A stretch of 64,000 bases of DNA from Amoebophrya sp. A120 (lineage: Eukaryota > Protista > Dinoflagellata). Position 1 is the first letter of the stretch. Every line of letters begins with the position of its first letter. Below the pieces are notes generated by a model. It saw only the letters and a program-made list of their open reading frames with translations, ran no database searches and was not told where the DNA came from. This document shows positions 62,901-64,000 of the stretch, one piece after another. The translations under genes were made by a program, and so were the position numbers. The DNA lies in the NCBI GenBank assembly GCA_905178155.1, contig CAJINV010000002.1, forward strand, positions 5,513,709-5,577,708. Reading direction: 5' to 3'.

Positions 62901-63801
62901 CCCGCGTGAACGCATTCGCTAGCAGGCCCAGATTCCGACTGTCCAGCGATGACACATGGTTTTCCTGGTCCTCTGACGATTTTATTCCCGTCCGGGAAGC
63001 AGGGTTCGCGGCGTCTTTTTTCACCCTCGCAGCGCACTTCCTGGCGAATTCAGACCAGAAACTGCTGGTGCTGCTTCCCCTTGGAGATGGTGCGCGTAGG
63101 GTTGCAGTGCTTGCGTCTCCTGCTCTCGCGGTTGGAGGGGCGCGCGACTGCGGCACCACCATGGCGCAACCAAAAGATGTTGAACTCGGGGGAACATTTT
63201 TCGGAGCGTAGTGAGACAAAGCGTTCGCGATGAAAGCCAGATCGGACACTGGCAAGCTATCGGCACATATCAAATGTAAAAATGTCTGGGTCTGGAAGAT
63301 TCTGAAACTTGTCATGCACGTTTTGCATGGGCCACGATGTCTGTGATGCATACCCTCGCATCACAGACTTTTTGAGGGCTTCGTGATACCTATTCCGCAT
63401 GACAAATGCCCTCTCCGCGTAGCCAAAATTGCATTCCCTTTGCTGGTCATGCAATACAGATTTTTTTAGAATCCAAATGCAGCATCACAAGTTCGGATTC
63501 TTCCAGACCCAGACATTTTTACACTTGATAGCACACTGCAGCACCCGGGTCTGAAGCTGGTCCACTATTGTGAGGAAAAACTATCTCAGAAGTCTCAACT
63601 TGTAATGCGAAACTTGTTCCTCGAGACAGTTTTTTCTCAAGCTCGACATGCGAGACAGTCCTCCTTCGTAAGTGTTTTTGCTTGTGTCGCACTTAGCACA
63701 GGTGAGCAAATTTGAATGGCTGAATCTGCAAAGGTTTGAGACTGAGACAATTTTTTCGTACGATATCCACGGAGAACGTTCGACGCCTAATGGCTGAGGG
63801 G
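53975..63801 (-). CDS. HPR/OPR-like helical-repeat RNA-binding protein with a RAP-like C-terminal remnant; the 5' end probably lies beyond the window
   Basis: Repeats such as FTPQNLCNAVGAFAAV, LNPQDVSNFSTAFARY, CSPQSLSLLLHAFAKA, IDVQALSMIINAYARL, SSELALVLNAYAKV and LDSRNLGLLANAFTRV. C-terminus FPEVDICGVYSVDVVV. Interrupted by 13 elements. Confidence 0.75.
55290..55588. mobile_element. Introner, degenerate
   Basis: tactg/tagtg; 304 nt matches the frame. Confidence 0.75.
56169..56422. mobile_element. Introner family A
   Basis: Perfect aacac; 259 nt. Confidence 0.92.
56513..56781. mobile_element. Introner family A, diverged
   Basis: cgtcc/cgtcg; 274 nt. Confidence 0.87.
57814..58088. mobile_element. 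Introner, degenerate
   Basis: gctga/gctag; 280 nt matches the frame. Confidence 0.78.
58437..58715. mobile_element. Introner family C
   Basis: TIR tatcctgagtaaaaacgt; perfect cggga; 284 nt. Confidence 0.95.
58750..58939. mobile_element. Introner, short family
   Basis: tatgcatcgcaaaagta...tacttttgcaatgcata; weak direct repeat; 195 nt, in frame. Confidence 0.82.
59103..59320. mobile_element. Introner, diverged
   Basis: gcttc/gcttg; 223 nt. Confidence 0.82.
59530..59814. mobile_element. Introner (tatcgca.gaaaaa TIR)
   Basis: Weak direct repeat; 290 nt matches the frame. Confidence 0.75.
60146..60482. mobile_element. Introner, degenerate
   Basis: Weak TIR and weak direct repeat; 342 nt, in frame. 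Confidence 0.6.
61548..61840. mobile_element. Introner, degenerate, right boundary uncertain
   Basis: tatgggttgcaaatatgt...gatttttacaaagaat; the frame fits removal of 298 nt. Confidence 0.55.
61950..62275. mobile_element. Introner, diverged
   Basis: tctcg/cctcg; 331 nt matches the frame. Confidence 0.82.
63268..63530. mobile_element. Introner family A
   Basis: Perfect gcaca; 268 nt. Confidence 0.95.
63566..63765. mobile_element. Introner (tattgtgaggaaaaactatctcag TIR)
   Basis: Perfect tccac; 205 nt. Confidence 0.9.
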
Positions 63802-64000
63802 TATGGAAAGAAAAGCGCTATTTGTTTCTGTCACTTTGTATTTTGCAGATGCCGCAGATGCAGCAGCAGCTTTTCGTTTTGCATAATAAATTTTTCTGGC
63901 AGCAAAATTGTACTGCAGAAATACGAGGGAAGGGTCACGTGTAAAGCTTCAGCTTTTTTGTATGCATTATTACGCATTAAAAACATTGTTTCATTGCAAA

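Noticed and set aside
1678-63530. Recurrent short ORFs such as KCKNVWVWK, LPDPDIFTFD and FQTQTFLHL
   Set aside because: They are translations of the family A TIR in different frames, not a protein domain or a transposase.
559-63801. Genes as transposon-disrupted pseudogenes
   Set aside because: Exons have no stops or frameshifts once the elements are removed, even around old degenerate insertions, which points to functional genes.
63802-64000. Possible further element starting tatggaaagaaaagc
   Set aside because: The other end is not visible in the window, so TIR and direct repeat cannot be checked.
1-64000. Autonomous transposase, tRNA/rRNA genes, dinoflagellate spliced-leader relics
   Set aside because: None recognised by eye. 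Absence is not proven without a search.

Overview
This is eukaryotic, gene-dense genomic DNA, most likely from a syndinian dinoflagellate such as Amoebophrya. That is an inference from the intron type, the unidirectional gene blocks, and the Hv1 and HPR/RAP-type genes. The ORF track looks fragmented because the coding sequences are interrupted by 44 non-canonical, MITE-like intronic elements (introners). Forty-three are 156-337 bp, have terminal inverted repeats that usually run TAT...ATA, and are flanked by a 5-bp direct repeat (17 perfect, 15 at 4/5, 11 degenerate). One is an 837-bp element flanked by TA. Removing each element plus one direct-repeat copy rejoins the flanking ORFs in frame at every junction I could resolve. 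This rebuilds a 3195-aa protein, an Smr nuclease, an Hv1 proton channel with a ~550-aa S1-S2 loop, two tandem bestrophins, coiled-coil proteins and a long HPR/OPR-like repeat protein. All confident genes left of 28.5 kb are on +, and all right of 30.6 kb are on -. The convergent junction holds an AT-rich island of direct and inverted repeats. All coordinates and frame arithmetic were done by eye.
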